64,000 bases of DNA from an uncultured Candidatus Saccharibacteria bacterium (GCA_964644965.1 CAZXYN010000001.1:139012-203011), one strand, 5' to 3'. Shown: positions 1 through 10,855, counted from the stretch's first letter. The notes: generated by a model from the letters alone, not told the origin. Program-made: numbers and translations.

Positions 1-2
1 GT

Positions 3-476
3 GAAGTTCGCGGTGGTGGTAAGAAGCCATGGAAACAAAAGGGCACTGGTCGTGCTCGATTCGGTAGCTCACGTGTGCCTATCTGGCGCGGTGGTGGTAT
101 CACCTTTGGTCCTACTGGCGACGAAAACTACAGCCACAAGCTACCTACAGCTACTAAGCGCACAGCTATTCGCCAGGCGTTGACCGTCAAAGCTGCGCAG
201 ATCAGCGTTGTCGAAGCCTTTGAAATCAAGTCAGGCAAGACTGCAGACGCCGTCAAACTTCTAAACAAGCTGGGCGCAACTCGCAAGATTGTTGTAGTAG
301 TAGAAGAAAAAACTAGTGAAATCGTACGAGCAACTCAGAACATCCAGGATCTAAAGATTGTCCAGGCTCGTTACCTAAATGTATTTGACATCCTAAATGC
401 TGACACCATTATTATGACCAGCAAATCAGTCGAAATCGTTCAAGAATGGCTAGGCGCCAAGAAGGAGAGCAAATAA
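3..476 (+). CDS. rplD: 50S ribosomal protein L4 (5' partial)
   Basis: Frame from nt 3 reads [37 protein letters not shown], the L4 core; the N-terminus lies outside the window. Confidence 0.9.
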   Translation, partial: EVRGGGKKPWKQKGTGRARFGSSRVPIWRGGGITFGPTGDENYSHKLPTATKRTAIRQALTVKAAQISVVEAFEIKSGKTADAVKLLNKLGATRKIVVVVEEKTSEIVRATQNIQDLKIVQARYLNVFDILNADTIIMTSKSVEIVQEWLGAKKESK

Positions 477-847
477 TGAAAGATGTAATGCTCATCCCTC
501 GCGTTAGCGAAAAGGCTTATGCTGTAAGCCAAGCCCCAGGCGTAAAGACCTACGTGTTTGTAGTACCACTAGACGCCAACAAGCACACAGTTGCTCGTGC
601 CGTTACTGCTCAGTACGACGTAACTGTCATTGATGTACGCACCATTGTCCAAAAGGGCAAGACAAAGCAATCATACCGTAAGGGTGGTCGCCCACTAACT
701 GGTCATCGTTCAGATATTAAGAAAGCCTACGTAACTCTAAAAGATGGTGATTCATTGCCACTGTTTGAGGACATCGCTGCCGAGGAAGCCAAAGCCGCCA
801 AAGCAGAGGAAAAAGCCGCTAAGAAGGCCAAGAAGGAGAGCAAATAA
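476..847 (+). CDS. rplW: 50S ribosomal protein L23
   Basis: [15 protein letters not shown]...; ATG overlaps the rplD stop (TAATG); KA-rich C-terminal tail. Confidence 0.9.
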   Translation: MKDVMLIPRVSEKAYAVSQAPGVKTYVFVVPLDANKHTVARAVTAQYDVTVIDVRTIVQKGKTKQSYRKGGRPLTGHRSDIKKAYVTLKDGDSLPLFEDIAAEEAKAAKAEEKAAKKAKKESK

Positions 848-1701
848 TGGCAATCAAAGCTTATAAGCCAACAACTCCTGGCCGACGTGGCATGACAAGC
901 CAGGACTTCGAAAGTATTACTACTAAGAAGCCGCTGAAGTCACTAACTGTCATGCGCAAGCAGAATTCAGGTCGCAATAACCAGGGTCGAATCACTACCC
1001 GTCACAAGGGTGGTGGTGCTAAGCGGTTCATCCGTATCGTTAACTTCAACCTTGCCCCAGGCACAGAAGCAGTTATTGAACACATCGAATATGATCCAGG
1101 TCGTAGCGCCCGTATCGCCCGTATCAAAGACCAGAAAGAAACTTACCACTACATTATTGCTGGACAGGATTTCAAGCTTGGTCAGATTATTCGTAGCGGC
1201 GAAGACGCACCTGTAGAATCAGGCAACCGTTTGCCTCTTGCGAACATACCCTTGGGTAGCACAATCTATGCAATCGAGCTACAGCCAGGACGCGGCGCAC
1301 AAGTTGTCCGCTCTGCCGGTAACTCAGCTCAGTTGATGGCAAAAGAAGGCGAATACGCTCAGGTCAAACTACCTAGTGGTGAGATTCGCAGAATTCTAGT
1401 TACCTGTATGGCAACACTTGGTGTTGTTGGTAACGCACAGCATCAGAACATCAAACTTGGTAAAGCTGGTCGTTCACGCCACAAGGGTATTCGCCCATCT
1501 GTCCGTGGTGTTGTAATGAACGCAGCTGATCACCCACACGGTGGTGGTGACGGTGGTCGTCACGGTATCGGTGGCGGTAAGAACCACGGTGCTGCTCCAC
1601 GCACACCATGGGGTGTTAAGACACTTGGTTACAAGACTCGTCGTCGCAAGTCGACTAGTAAATATATTGTTAAGAGCCGTCATCAGGCGAAGAGGAAATA
1701 A
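847..1701 (+). CDS. rplB: 50S ribosomal protein L2
   Basis: [15 protein letters not shown]... and the GGGDGGRHG / HPHGGG L2 signature. Confidence 0.95.
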   Translation: MAIKAYKPTTPGRRGMTSQDFESITTKKPLKSLTVMRKQNSGRNNQGRITTRHKGGGAKRFIRIVNFNLAPGTEAVIEHIEYDPGRSARIARIKDQKETYHYIIAGQDFKLGQIIRSGEDAPVESGNRLPLANIPLGSTIYAIELQPGRGAQVVRSAGNSAQLMAKEGEYAQVKLPSGEIRRILVTCMATLGVVGNAQHQNIKLGKAGRSRHKGIRPSVRGVVMNAADHPHGGGDGGRHGIGGGKNHGAAPRTPWGVKTLGYKTRRRKSTSKYIVKSRHQAKRK

Positions 1702-1703
1702 TC

Positions 1704-1976
1704 ATGAGTAGATCACTAAAGAAAGGTCCATTCATTGATCCAAAGCTCGCTAAAAAGGTAGCGGCTCTTGGAAATGATGACCGTACAATTATCAAAACAT
1801 GGGCACGCAGCTCTACGATTTCTCCAGAATTCGTAGGTCGCACAATAGCTGTGCACAACGGCCGAGTGCATGTTCCTGTATTTGTTACCGAAAACATGGT
1901 TGGACACAAGTTAGGTGAGTTCTCACCGACTCGCAAGTTCCGCTCTCATGGCGGTAAGTTAGCGAAGGGGAAATAG
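1704..1976 (+). CDS. rpsS: 30S ribosomal protein S19
   Basis: [15 protein letters not shown]...[10 protein letters not shown]; typical S19. Confidence 0.95.
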   Translation: MSRSLKKGPFIDPKLAKKVAALGNDDRTIIKTWARSSTISPEFVGRTIAVHNGRVHVPVFVTENMVGHKLGEFSPTRKFRSHGGKLAKGK

Positions 1977-2082
1977 AAATGCAAACATTTCAAGCACAAA
2001 GTTCAAAGTTCAAAGTTCAAAGTGGGGCTACCTTAGTCCTTAGTCCTTCGTCCTTAGAACTTAACTACGAAGGAGTTGCATA

Positions 2083-2475
2083 ATGCCAGTTCAAGCAATC
2101 GCTAAGTCAGTTCGTATCAGTCCTCGCAAGGTCAGCGTTGTTGCTAGCCTAGTCCGTGGTCGAACTGTTTCTGACGCTCTAACCATCCTGGCACACACGC
2201 CTCGTCGCGCGGCAACACCCGTAGCTAAGACTATCAAGAGTGCCCAGGCTAACGCTGATCATAACCACGGCTACAAGCCAGACACGCTTCGCATTGTCGA
2301 AATCAGCGTCACACCAGGCATCCGTTACAAGCGTTTCCGCCCGGTCTCACGTGGTATGGCACACCCATACCAGAAGCGAACAAGTCACATCCGAGTTGTA
2401 GTAGAGGGCGACAAGCGCCCAGAGAAAAAGGCCTCTACAGCCAAGGTGACTAGCGCCAAGAAAGAGGAGAAATAA
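2083..2475 (+). CDS. rplV: 50S ribosomal protein L22
   Basis: MPVQAIAKSVRISPRKV...; L22 fold sequence with a K-rich tail. Confidence 0.9.
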   Translation: MPVQAIAKSVRISPRKVSVVASLVRGRTVSDALTILAHTPRRAATPVAKTIKSAQANADHNHGYKPDTLRIVEISVTPGIRYKRFRPVSRGMAHPYQKRTSHIRVVVEGDKRPEKKASTAKVTSAKKEEK

Positions 2476-2476
2476 T

Positions 2477-3106
2477 ATGGGACAAAAAGTAAACCCAATC
2501 AGCATGCGCCTGCAGGTCAACAAGGACTGGCGTAGCAAGTGGTTCGCAACCAAGAAAGATTACGCGACTTACTTGACCCAAGATTTGACTGTCCGTCGAA
2601 TGATTGCTGACAAGCTTGGTTCTCGTGCTGCAATCAACAAAGTCGATATCGAACGCTCACCAAACCTAGTAACGGTTACTGTTGTGACTGCCAAGGCCGG
2701 TGTGGTTATTGGCCGTGGTGGTTCTGGTGCTCAGGAGCTAAAGTCTGCAATTGAGAAGATTTACAAAGTACCAGTACGCGTAAATATTGAAGAAATCAAA
2801 AAGGCAGAGCTGTATGCAAAACTAGTTGCAGAGAACATTGCTCATCAGATTGAACGACGTATTAACTTCCGACGCGCAATGAAATCATCAGCTGGCGCAA
2901 CTATGCGTGCTGGCGCCAAGGGTATTCGTATCGAAATTGCTGGTCGTCTTAACGGTGCAGAAATGTCACGACGCGAAAAATCAGTAGAAGGTTCAGTGCC
3001 GCTACACACAATCCGTGCAGATATTGATTACGCACACGCAAAGGCTCACACCGCAACAGGTATCATTGGTATCAAGGTGTGGATCTACAAGGGAGAGGCT
3101 AACTAA
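2477..3106 (+). CDS. rpsC: 30S ribosomal protein S3
   Basis: [24 protein letters not shown]; KH domain. Confidence 0.95.
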   Translation: MGQKVNPISMRLQVNKDWRSKWFATKKDYATYLTQDLTVRRMIADKLGSRAAINKVDIERSPNLVTVTVVTAKAGVVIGRGGSGAQELKSAIEKIYKVPVRVNIEEIKKAELYAKLVAENIAHQIERRINFRRAMKSSAGATMRAGAKGIRIEIAGRLNGAEMSRREKSVEGSVPLHTIRADIDYAHAKAHTATGIIGIKVWIYKGEAN

Positions 3107-3107
3107 C

Positions 3108-3521
3108 ATGTTGATGCCGAACCGAACTAAGTACCGCAAGGTACGAAAGGGTAAGATCCGTGGTGTTGCAACTCGCGGCAACCAGATCGCCTTCGGTACA
3201 TACGCTCTACAGTCACTAGGTAATGAGCGTGTTACCAGCCGTCAAATCGAAGCTGCACGTCAGGCAATGACCCGTTATATCAAGCGTGGTGGTCAGATTT
3301 GGATCCGTATCTTCCCACACACTCCTGTGACCAAGAAACCACAGGACGTAAAGATGGGTAGCGGTAAAGGAAACCCAGAATACTTTGCAGCCAAGGTACA
3401 CATTGGGACAATTATGTTTGAGATGGAAGGCGTCAGTGAAGAAGTAGCTCGTGAGGCAATGCGCCTTGCAGCTCACAAGCTTCCAGTAAAGACAAAATTC
3501 CTGGTCAAGGAGGTCAAATAA
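3108..3521 (+). CDS. rplP: 50S ribosomal protein L16
   Basis: [19 protein letters not shown]...; ATG 1 nt after the rpsC stop. Confidence 0.9.
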   Translation: MLMPNRTKYRKVRKGKIRGVATRGNQIAFGTYALQSLGNERVTSRQIEAARQAMTRYIKRGGQIWIRIFPHTPVTKKPQDVKMGSGKGNPEYFAAKVHIGTIMFEMEGVSEEVAREAMRLAAHKLPVKTKFLVKEVK

Positions 3522-3522
3522 T

Positions 3523-3723
3523 ATGAAAATTACTGAAATTCGTAAACAATCTACAGCTGAACTGACAACTGCAGCCAACAACCTCCGTGAAGAGATGGTT
3601 GAGCTAAAGCGTCATTTGCGCATGGGAGAAGTACAAAACGTACGTGTCCTGCGTGAAAAGCGTAAGGATCTCGCTCGTATTTTGACCGTACTGAGCGAAC
3701 AACTTACAAAGGAGAACATTTAA
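3523..3723 (+). CDS. rpmC: 50S ribosomal protein L29
   Basis: MKITEIRKQSTAELTTAANNLREEMVELKRHLR. Confidence 0.85.
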   Translation: MKITEIRKQSTAELTTAANNLREEMVELKRHLRMGEVQNVRVLREKRKDLARILTVLSEQLTKENI

Positions 3724-4086
3724 ATGGCACGTACACTGACTGGCGTTGTGACCAGCGACAAGGCAGACAAAACGATTGTCATCTCTGTTCACACACGCAA
3801 AACACATCCTATATATAAGAAGCAATACTCTGTGACTTCTAAGTTCATCGCGCACGACGAGAAGAACGAAGCCAAGCAAGGTGACAAAGTTGTTATCGTC
3901 GAAACACGACCAATTAGCCGCCGCAAGCGCTTCACCCTACAAGAAATTATAGAAACTGCTCGTATCAAGCACAATGAAGCTGATAGCTCAGAGCTGATAG
4001 CTCAGAACAAAAAGGCCGGCAGGCCTGCAGCGGCTAAGGACTCTAAGCTAATAGCTGAGGACTCGTCTCCGAAGGAGGCCAAGTAA
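3724..4086 (+). CDS. rpsQ: 30S ribosomal protein S17 with a C-terminal extension
   Basis: [22 protein letters not shown]...; ~35 aa C-terminal tail with an internal [16 protein letters not shown] repeat. Confidence 0.9.
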   Translation: MARTLTGVVTSDKADKTIVISVHTRKTHPIYKKQYSVTSKFIAHDEKNEAKQGDKVVIVETRPISRRKRFTLQEIIETARIKHNEADSSELIAQNKKAGRPAAAKDSKLIAEDSSPKEAK

Positions 4087-4454
4087 TGATACAACAAGAA
4101 ACACGCCTCCACGTTGCTGACAACAGTGGCGCAAAGGAAATCCTTTGTATTCGCGTGCTTGGTGGTACTCGCCGTCGTTATGCTCACGTTGGTGACATTA
4201 TTGTCGCTACTGTTAAGCAGGCTAACCCAGGTGGTGGCGTCAAGAAGAAGACCGTCGTTCGAGCAGTTGTTGTTCGTACCAAGAACGCAATTCGCCGTGC
4301 CGATGGTTCGACAATTCGTTTTGACGACAACGCAGCTGTGATCATTGGTGACGACAAGAACCCTAAAGGTACTCGTATCTTTGGTCCTGTTCCACGCGAA
4401 CTTCGTGATCAAGGTTACGCCAAAATCATCAGCCTTGCGCCGGAGGTACTATAA
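4086..4454 (+). CDS. rplN: 50S ribosomal protein L14
   Basis: [27 protein letters not shown]. Confidence 0.95.
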   Translation: MIQQETRLHVADNSGAKEILCIRVLGGTRRRYAHVGDIIVATVKQANPGGGVKKKTVVRAVVVRTKNAIRRADGSTIRFDDNAAVIIGDDKNPKGTRIFGPVPRELRDQGYAKIISLAPEVL

Positions 4455-4786
4455 TGAGTAAAACTATCTATAAGATTAAGCTTAAGAAGGGTGACACTGT
4501 TATTGTCCGCACTGGCAAATACAAGGGCCAGACTGGCACAGTCACAGCTACTCACCCTACCAACAACACGGTTACTGTCGAAGGAATCAACATTGTTAAG
4601 AAGCATGTTAAGCCAAATCGTCAGCACCCACAGGGTGACATTGTTGAGATTACTAAGCCAATTGATGTTAGTAAAGTGGCGATTGTCGAGCCAACTAGCA
4701 AAAAGCCAAGTAAGATTGGTTTCAAAGTTGATGCCAAGGGTGCAAAAACCCGCATGTACAAGCGTACCGGCAAGGAGATAAAGTAA
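4454..4786 (+). CDS. rplX: 50S ribosomal protein L24
   Basis: KKGDTVIVRTGKYKGQTG; KOW motif. Confidence 0.9.
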   Translation: MSKTIYKIKLKKGDTVIVRTGKYKGQTGTVTATHPTNNTVTVEGINIVKKHVKPNRQHPQGDIVEITKPIDVSKVAIVEPTSKKPSKIGFKVDAKGAKTRMYKRTGKEIK

Positions 4787-4901
4787 TGAGTTTTTCTAAT
4801 GTATGCGAAAAGAGCAGCCAGAGCACGCAGATTCATTCTGCTGCCCTGCGCGATGAGAAAAACTGCAAGTTTGTCTCATACAATGATAAGGAGATTAAGT
4901 A

Positions 4902-5501
4902 ATGGCTACCGAAACTAAAGCAAAAACTGCTAAGACTAAGGCTGTTGCTTACACTCCGCGTCTTAAGCAGCTTTACCGCGACACCTACACTAAGGAGCTC
5001 ATGAAAGAACTCGAACTAAAGAACATTAATGATGTTCCTAAGATCGAGAAAATTACGCTCAACGTTGGGCTTGGCCGTGCCAAGGATGACAAAAAGCTTC
5101 TAGAAGTAGCAAGCAATACTCTCAAGAAGATTACTGGACAACAACCCGTAGAAACAGTCGCTAAGCTTTCTATCGCTAGTTTCAAACTACGTGAGGGCAA
5201 CAAAATTGGTCTCAAGGTTACTCTACGTGGCGACAAAATGTACGAATTTCTAGATCGTTTTGTAAACATCGTACTACCACGACTTCGTGACTTCCACGGT
5301 GTCAAAAACACCGCTTTTGATCGCCAAGGAAACTACTCAATCGGACTTACCGAACAGTCAGTTTTCCCAGAACTTTCATTTGAAGAAACAACTACCGCAC
5401 ACGGTTTACAAGCCGTTATCTCAATTAAAGCCAAGGAACCAGCACATGCTCGTGCATTGCTTGTAAAATTTGGTATGCCTTTCGAAAAGGAGAAGAAATA
5501 A
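4902..5501 (+). CDS. rplE: 50S ribosomal protein L5
   Basis: [38 protein letters not shown]. Confidence 0.9.
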   Translation: MATETKAKTAKTKAVAYTPRLKQLYRDTYTKELMKELELKNINDVPKIEKITLNVGLGRAKDDKKLLEVASNTLKKITGQQPVETVAKLSIASFKLREGNKIGLKVTLRGDKMYEFLDRFVNIVLPRLRDFHGVKNTAFDRQGNYSIGLTEQSVFPELSFEETTTAHGLQAVISIKAKEPAHARALLVKFGMPFEKEKK

Positions 5502-5502
5502 T

Positions 5503-5772
5503 ATGGCTAGAAAAGCAAGCGTCAACCGCGATCTAAAGCGTCAGAAAATGCACGCAAAGTACGCTGCCAAGCGCGCTGAGCTAAAAGAGCTTGGCGATTA
5601 CGAGGGACTTGCAAAGCTTCCTCGCAACAGTAGCCCAACTCGTCTTAAGAATCGTTGCAGCGAAACTGGTCGGCCACGCGCTTACATGCGTCAGTTTGGT
5701 CTGAGTCGTATTTCATTCCGAGAACATGCAACCAAGGGCGAAATCCCTGGTGTAACGAAAGCGAGCTGGTAA
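5503..5772 (+). CDS. rpsN: 30S ribosomal protein S14 (long form, 89 aa)
   Basis: [20 protein letters not shown]...[18 protein letters not shown]; no zinc-ribbon CxxC. Confidence 0.9.
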   Translation: MARKASVNRDLKRQKMHAKYAAKRAELKELGDYEGLAKLPRNSSPTRLKNRCSETGRPRAYMRQFGLSRISFREHATKGEIPGVTKASW

Positions 5773-5777
5773 ACACC

Positions 5778-6182
5778 ATGAGTAGAACATCTACCGATCC
5801 AATTGCAGACATGCTTACCCGAATCAGGAACGCCATTGCCGTTCACAAGACAGAGGTAACAATGCCGCATTCAAATATCAAAGAAGAAGTCGCTAAGATT
5901 CTTCGTGATAGCAGCTTTGTACAAAGCGTCAGCGTCGAAGGTGACAAGCCAGGTTTCAAACAACTTCATGTTGTACTGAACGGTGAAGGCACTAACTCAC
6001 GTATCACTGAGATTGCTCGTCTGAGCACTCCAGGTCGTCGTATGTACTCAACTGCTGCAGAAATCCCAACCGTCAAGCGCGGTCGTGGTATCGTCGTAAT
6101 TTCAACCTCCAAAGGTATCATGACTGGCGATCAAGCCAAGTCCAAGTCTTTGGGCGGCGAATTAATTTGTAAAGTTTACTAA
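5778..6182 (+). CDS. rpsH: 30S ribosomal protein S8
   Basis: Starts MSRTSTDPIADMLTRIRNA at the ATG 5778; the track ORF from 5655 overlaps rpsN in another frame. Confidence 0.9.
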   Translation: MSRTSTDPIADMLTRIRNAIAVHKTEVTMPHSNIKEEVAKILRDSSFVQSVSVEGDKPGFKQLHVVLNGEGTNSRITEIARLSTPGRRMYSTAAEIPTVKRGRGIVVISTSKGIMTGDQAKSKSLGGELICKVY

Positions 6183-6197
6183 TAAGGAATACATAAC

Positions 6198-6737
6198 ATG
6201 AGTCGTATAGGAAAACTGCCCATAGCAATCCCATCCGGTGTGACAATCACTGTCGACCCTGAGCGTATTACCGTAGTTGGTCCTAAGGGTACCCTTAGCC
6301 AAGCACAGCTCGAAGGAGTTACGGTGAATATTAACGACGGCGAGCTGACAGTCACGCGTATTAATGATGAGCCAAAGAATCGTGCCAAGCACGGTTTGAT
6401 GCGCACACTTATCAACAACATGGTTGTCGGTGTATCAACTGGCTTCAGCAAACAACTCGAAGTCAACGGTGTTGGTTACCGCGTCGCTCTAGCTGGCAAC
6501 GGTCTAAAACTAAACCTAGGTTATTCACACGATGTTAACTTTGCGCTGCCTAAAGGCATCACCGCAACAGTCGAGCAGAATGTAATCACTGTACAAGGCA
6601 TCGACAAGCAGATGGTGGGACAAGTCGCTGCTGATATTCGTAAGCTCCGCAAGCCTGAACCTTACAAGGGTAAAGGTATCAAGTACGTAGGTGAAAGAAT
6701 CCTACGCAAGAGCGGTAAGTCAGGGAAAGAGAAATAA
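6198..6737 (+). CDS. rplF: 50S ribosomal protein L6
   Basis: MSRIGKLPIAIPSGVTITVD. Confidence 0.95.
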   Translation: MSRIGKLPIAIPSGVTITVDPERITVVGPKGTLSQAQLEGVTVNINDGELTVTRINDEPKNRAKHGLMRTLINNMVVGVSTGFSKQLEVNGVGYRVALAGNGLKLNLGYSHDVNFALPKGITATVEQNVITVQGIDKQMVGQVAADIRKLRKPEPYKGKGIKYVGERILRKSGKSGKEK

Positions 6738-6739
6738 TC

Positions 6740-7096
6740 ATGAATAGACTTAAGAAAAAACTACACAACCTCCAGCTGCGCAAAAACCGTGTCCGCTCTA
6801 CTGTTAGCGGCACAACTGAGCGCCCTCGACTCTCTGCTCGAATCAGCAACTTGCATGTTAGTGCTCAGATTATTGATGATTCAACCCACAAGACAATAGC
6901 TTCAGTCACCACTGTTGGTCAAAAGAATTTGACTGGCACAATGACCGATAAGGCTACTTGGGTTGGTACTGAGATTGCCAAAAAGGCAAAGACTAAGAAA
7001 GTTAAAACAATTGTATTTGATCGTGGTGGCCGTAAATATCATGGTCGCGTTAAGGCACTAGCAGACGCTGCTCGTGCAGGAGGACTGGAGTTCTAA
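6740..7096 (+). CDS. rplR: 50S ribosomal protein L18
   Basis: C-terminal FDRGGRKYHGRVKALADAARAGGLEF. Confidence 0.9.
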   Translation: MNRLKKKLHNLQLRKNRVRSTVSGTTERPRLSARISNLHVSAQIIDDSTHKTIASVTTVGQKNLTGTMTDKATWVGTEIAKKAKTKKVKTIVFDRGGRKYHGRVKALADAARAGGLEF

Positions 7097-7097
7097 T

Positions 7098-7670
7098 ATG
7101 GCAGAAGCACAAACCCGTACTGGTCAATCAGGTCGTCCACAGCGAGGACGTCGCCCCGAACAGTCACCAGAAGAAAAGCAATTCGATGAACGCGTTATCA
7201 ACATCAACCGTGTTGCTCGTGTCGTAAAAGGTGGTCGACGCTTTAGATTCCAGGCACTTGTTGTCGTAGGTGATCGCAAGAATCGTGTTGGCGTAGGTGT
7301 TAGCAAGGGTGCAGATGTTACCGCGGCTGTCACCAAAGCAACCGATATCGCTAAGAAAAACATGATCAAGGTAGAGCTTTACAAGGGCACACTACCTCAT
7401 GAATCAGAAGCCAAAGTTGGTGGTGCGCAGATTCTTATTAAGCCAGCAAGTGCTGGTACTGGTCTTATTGCTGGTGGCGTTGTTCGAACCGTTCTAGAGG
7501 TCGCTGGTGTACACAACGTACTCAGCAAATCACTTGGTTCAAGTAACAAAATCAACACTGCTTACGCAACCATTAAGGCGTTAGAAGAATTAACTCCAAA
7601 GTCTCGTTGGGTCACTACCAAGACTACAGAAGCCAAGAAACCAAAGGCCGAGAAAAAGGAGGCTAAGTAA
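7098..7670 (+). CDS. rpsE: 30S ribosomal protein S5
   Basis: INRVARVVKGGRRFRFQALVVVGD; start MAEAQTRT at 7098. Confidence 0.9.
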   Translation: MAEAQTRTGQSGRPQRGRRPEQSPEEKQFDERVININRVARVVKGGRRFRFQALVVVGDRKNRVGVGVSKGADVTAAVTKATDIAKKNMIKVELYKGTLPHESEAKVGGAQILIKPASAGTGLIAGGVVRTVLEVAGVHNVLSKSLGSSNKINTAYATIKALEELTPKSRWVTTKTTEAKKPKAEKKEAK

Positions 7671-8140
7671 TGAAAGTTCACGAACTCAAGGCCAACACTC
7701 AAAAAAAAGCTAACCGCGTAGGTCGCGGTATCGCAGCTGGCCAGGGTAAGACCGCTGGACGCGGTACCAAGGGCCAGGGCTCGCGCGCTGGTAAGGGGCG
7801 TCGTCCTGGTTTTGAAGGCGGCCAGAACCCACTAATGCAACGTTTACCAAAACTTCGCGGTTTCCGCAGTTTCAAGACTGCTGCCGAGAATGTTTACACT
7901 GGCAAACTAGCCGAGGTTAAGGGTACCGTCGACAACTTCAGTATCTACGAAGCTGGACTTGTTTCAAGCCCATATGTCCGCGTAAAGCTAGTTGTACGTG
8001 GTGAAGAAATCACCAAGAAACAGACTGTCAAGTTGCAGGCTGCAAGTGCATCAGCAATCGCACAGATCCAGAAGGCTGGTGGTAGTTTCGAAGCTGTACC
8101 TCAGGTAAAGCGTGAATCTAGCAAGCCTAAAAAAGACTAA
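7670..8140 (+). CDS. rplO: 50S ribosomal protein L15
   Basis: MKVHELKANTQKKANRVGRGIAAGQGKTAGRGTKGQ; follows rpsE directly, with no rpmD between them. Confidence 0.9.
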   Translation: MKVHELKANTQKKANRVGRGIAAGQGKTAGRGTKGQGSRAGKGRRPGFEGGQNPLMQRLPKLRGFRSFKTAAENVYTGKLAEVKGTVDNFSIYEAGLVSSPYVRVKLVVRGEEITKKQTVKLQAASASAIAQIQKAGGSFEAVPQVKRESSKPKKD

Positions 8141-8225
8141 GTAATTAGTTTTACAACAAAGATTTTTAGACATTTGGGTAGCGATAAGCTTAAATAAATA
8201 CTGAGATTGTGAGGGTTACTAATAC

Positions 8226-9785
8226 ATGAACTGGAAAATCATTGGCTCGTCCTTAAAAAACGCAGATATGCGTAATCGTATTCTTGCCGTACTTGGCATG
8301 CTACTTGTCTTCCGCATCATGGCTCACATTCCGATTCCTCTGAGCGACCCACAGACCCTCAAAGACGTATTAGAAAACGCCTTTAATGCCTCCCAATCAT
8401 CTCAGCTCGTTAGTTTTATTAATGTGCTATCTGGTGGTGCGCTGGCAAACTTCTCAATCATGCTGGTTGGTATGGGACCATACATTAACGCCAGTATCAT
8501 TATGCAGCTACTGACTCGAGCAATTCCAAAGCTCGAAGCTCTCAACAAAGAAGGCGAATACGGTCGCAAGAAGATAAACCAGTACACCCGCATGCTGACA
8601 TTGCCACTGGCAATCATTCAGTCTGTCGGTATGATCTTCCTCGTCAAGCAAGTTGCTAGTAGCTTCTCTGGTCTTGGTGATATTACCGCCGGGGCAACTA
8701 TCATGCAGTGGGTACTAATGGTAACATCGCTGACCACAGGTGCCATGATTCTGATGTGGCTTGGTGAGCTTATCACCGAAAAGGGCGTCGGAAACGGTAT
8801 CAGCCTGATTATTACCATCGGTATTGTTAGTAGTTTACCATCAACTATTGCTGATATTTTCCGAGCTGTCTACGACCCAGAAAGCCCATGGCGTGTACTG
8901 GGTATAGATATGCCATTTAACCAGACTGCGTTTTATTACGCACTTGGAATTGGATCGATAGTACTGATAACGACTTGGCTGGTGGTGAAAATCAATGAAG
9001 CCCAACGGCAAGTTGTAATTAATTACGCCAAACGTGTCCAAGGTAGCCGTGCATACGGCGGCGTCACAACTATATTGCCGATCAAACTTATTACCGCTGG
9101 TGTGATCCCAATTATCTTCGCTGTGGCGTTCCTGAGTATTCCTAGCTACGCCGGACAAGTTATGTCGGCATCTGACAGTATTCGTCTGCAAGAATGGGGA
9201 GCACAGCTAACCGCTTGGTTCCAAAACCCTAGCGCTCAGACGTTTGCAGTTGGTGGCTGGCAGCCATTCATCTACCCGGCCGTTTACTTCATACTGATCG
9301 TGATGTTTACTTATTTCTACACTGGCATTACGTTCAATAGTAAAGAAATCGCCGAGAACCTACAGAAACAAGGTGGTTTCATTACTGGGGTGCGCGCTGG
9401 TAAGCAAACAGAGATTTACCTCAGCAAGATTGTAAGTAGACTGACGCTATTTGGCTCAATCGCTCTAGGGTTACTTGCATTGACCCCTATCGCTGGACAG
9501 GTGTTCCTACGTACCGATATCGCAATTGGCGGTACCAGTGTACTCATCCTGGTGTCAGTTGCGCTTGAGACGCTACGTGCGGTCGAATCTAGGGCTCTAA
9601 TGGTCACATACGACCAATACAGCGATCCGAGCTTCTTTGGCGGTGATGAGGCCGGAGATGACCCTAAATCCAAGAAAAACTTACGCTCTCGTTTGCGACT
9701 AAAAAGGCCAAACCGCTCAACAGGGAAGCAAAAGTCCGAAAACACTTTACAAACCGTTGTAGGTTCTGCTATAATTAGTAACTGA
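8226..9785 (+). CDS. secY: Preprotein translocase SecY with a ~70 aa C-terminal extension
   Basis: 10-TM SecY sequence (LGMGPYINASIIMQLL...); charged, low-complexity C-terminal tail. Confidence 0.9.
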   Translation: MNWKIIGSSLKNADMRNRILAVLGMLLVFRIMAHIPIPLSDPQTLKDVLENAFNASQSSQLVSFINVLSGGALANFSIMLVGMGPYINASIIMQLLTRAIPKLEALNKEGEYGRKKINQYTRMLTLPLAIIQSVGMIFLVKQVASSFSGLGDITAGATIMQWVLMVTSLTTGAMILMWLGELITEKGVGNGISLIITIGIVSSLPSTIADIFRAVYDPESPWRVLGIDMPFNQTAFYYALGIGSIVLITTWLVVKINEAQRQVVINYAKRVQGSRAYGGVTTILPIKLITAGVIPIIFAVAFLSIPSYAGQVMSASDSIRLQEWGAQLTAWFQNPSAQTFAVGGWQPFIYPAVYFILIVMFTYFYTGITFNSKEIAENLQKQGGFITGVRAGKQTEIYLSKIVSRLTLFGSIALGLLALTPIAGQVFLRTDIAIGGTSVLILVSVALETLRAVESRALMVTYDQYSDPSFFGGDEAGDDPKSKKNLRSRLRLKRPNRSTGKQKSENTLQTVVGSAIISN

Positions 9786-9788
9786 TTT

Positions 9789-10010
9789 ATGGTCAAGAGC
9801 AAGGAAGTCATCGAGCTATCTGGGACGATCGTCGAAACATTGCCCGGAACACAGTTCCGAGTCGAACTTGAGAACGGCCATCAAATTATTGCCCACGTGG
9901 CCGGTAAGATGCGAAAGCACTTTATCAGAATCGTGCCTGGGGACAGCGTTACAGTAGAATTAACGCCTTACGACCTTACTAAAGGCCGTATAACCTACCG
10001 TAAATCGTAG
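9789..10010 (+). CDS. infA: Translation initiation factor IF-1
   Basis: [43 protein letters not shown]; S1-like fold. Confidence 0.9.
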   Translation: MVKSKEVIELSGTIVETLPGTQFRVELENGHQIIAHVAGKMRKHFIRIVPGDSVTVELTPYDLTKGRITYRKS

Positions 10011-10269
10011 ACCTCGTACTTTGCACATTTCTTGCAGAAACCTGCGTCGAATTCAGAAGTAGTACTAAAATACAACTTACCGAATTGTGCTCGACTTCTG
10101 CTTCGAACTGAACAAAGTACGCGGCCTACGACCGCCAAAGAAGCGGGCCTTTACAAGATAATATATAGAATACTTTTATCAGTAGAAGATATGTTTTCTT
10201 GCGAAGCGTTCCGCTCCTTTAATTCAATATTAAGCAGTGAGTCAATCTCATGAAAGGAGACTGATCCGC

Positions 10270-10386
10270 ATGAAAGTGCGTGCAAGTGTAAAAAAGATTA
10301 GCCCCGACGACAAGATTGTTCGTCGTAAGGGTCGTCTTTATGTTATTAACAAACTTAAGCCAAAGCATAAGCAAAGGCAGGGGTAA
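10270..10386 (+). CDS. rpmJ: 50S ribosomal protein L36 (38 aa, missing from the ORF track)
   Basis: Hand translation [38 protein letters not shown]; RBS GGAGACTGATCCGC upstream. Confidence 0.8.
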   Translation: MKVRASVKKISPDDKIVRRKGRLYVINKLKPKHKQRQG

Positions 10387-10468
10387 TGATGCTTCGTTTT
10401 ACTCAGCATCAGCTATTAGCCAATAGCTATGAGCTAGTAGCTGCAAGCGACCACAGGGAGATTGCATA

Positions 10469-10855
10469 ATGGCTAGAATCGCAGGGATAACAATCCCATC
10501 CGAAAAGCAGATTGGCATCGCACTTACCTATGTCTATGGTATTGGGCCAAAGTTTTCGTCAGATATTCTGGCAAAAGCCAAGGTAGATGCAACTGTTCGT
10601 GTTAAGAACCTCACTGATGATGAGCTAACACGAATCAGTGACGTTGTTTCAGCCGACTACATCGTAGAAGGCGAATTGCAGCGTGTTGTAACCGCAAACA
10701 TCAAGCGACTAAAAGACGTAAAGGCTTATCGTGGTCTGCGCCACAATGCAAACCTGCCTTCACGAGGACAACGCACGCGTACCAACGCTCGCACCCGTCG
10801 CGGCAAAAAAGTAACTGTCGGTGGTACGGCTAAGAAAGTAGCGTCTAAGACCTAA
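10469..10855 (+). CDS. rpsM: 30S ribosomal protein S13
   Basis: MARIAGITIPSEKQIGIALTYVYGIG. Confidence 0.95.
   Translation: MARIAGITIPSEKQIGIALTYVYGIGPKFSSDILAKAKVDATVRVKNLTDDELTRISDVVSADYIVEGELQRVVTANIKRLKDVKAYRGLRHNANLPSRGQRTRTNARTRRGKKVTVGGTAKKVASKT

Noticed and set aside
1-183. 60-aa ORF at the window start
   Set aside because: Wrong frame; the L4 reading frame (from nt 3) has the conserved ribosomal sequence.
10032-10253. 73-aa ORF between infA and rpmJ
   Set aside because: No RBS, atypical composition, and it sits in a structured spacer. The real gene here is the 38-aa rpmJ at 10270-10386.
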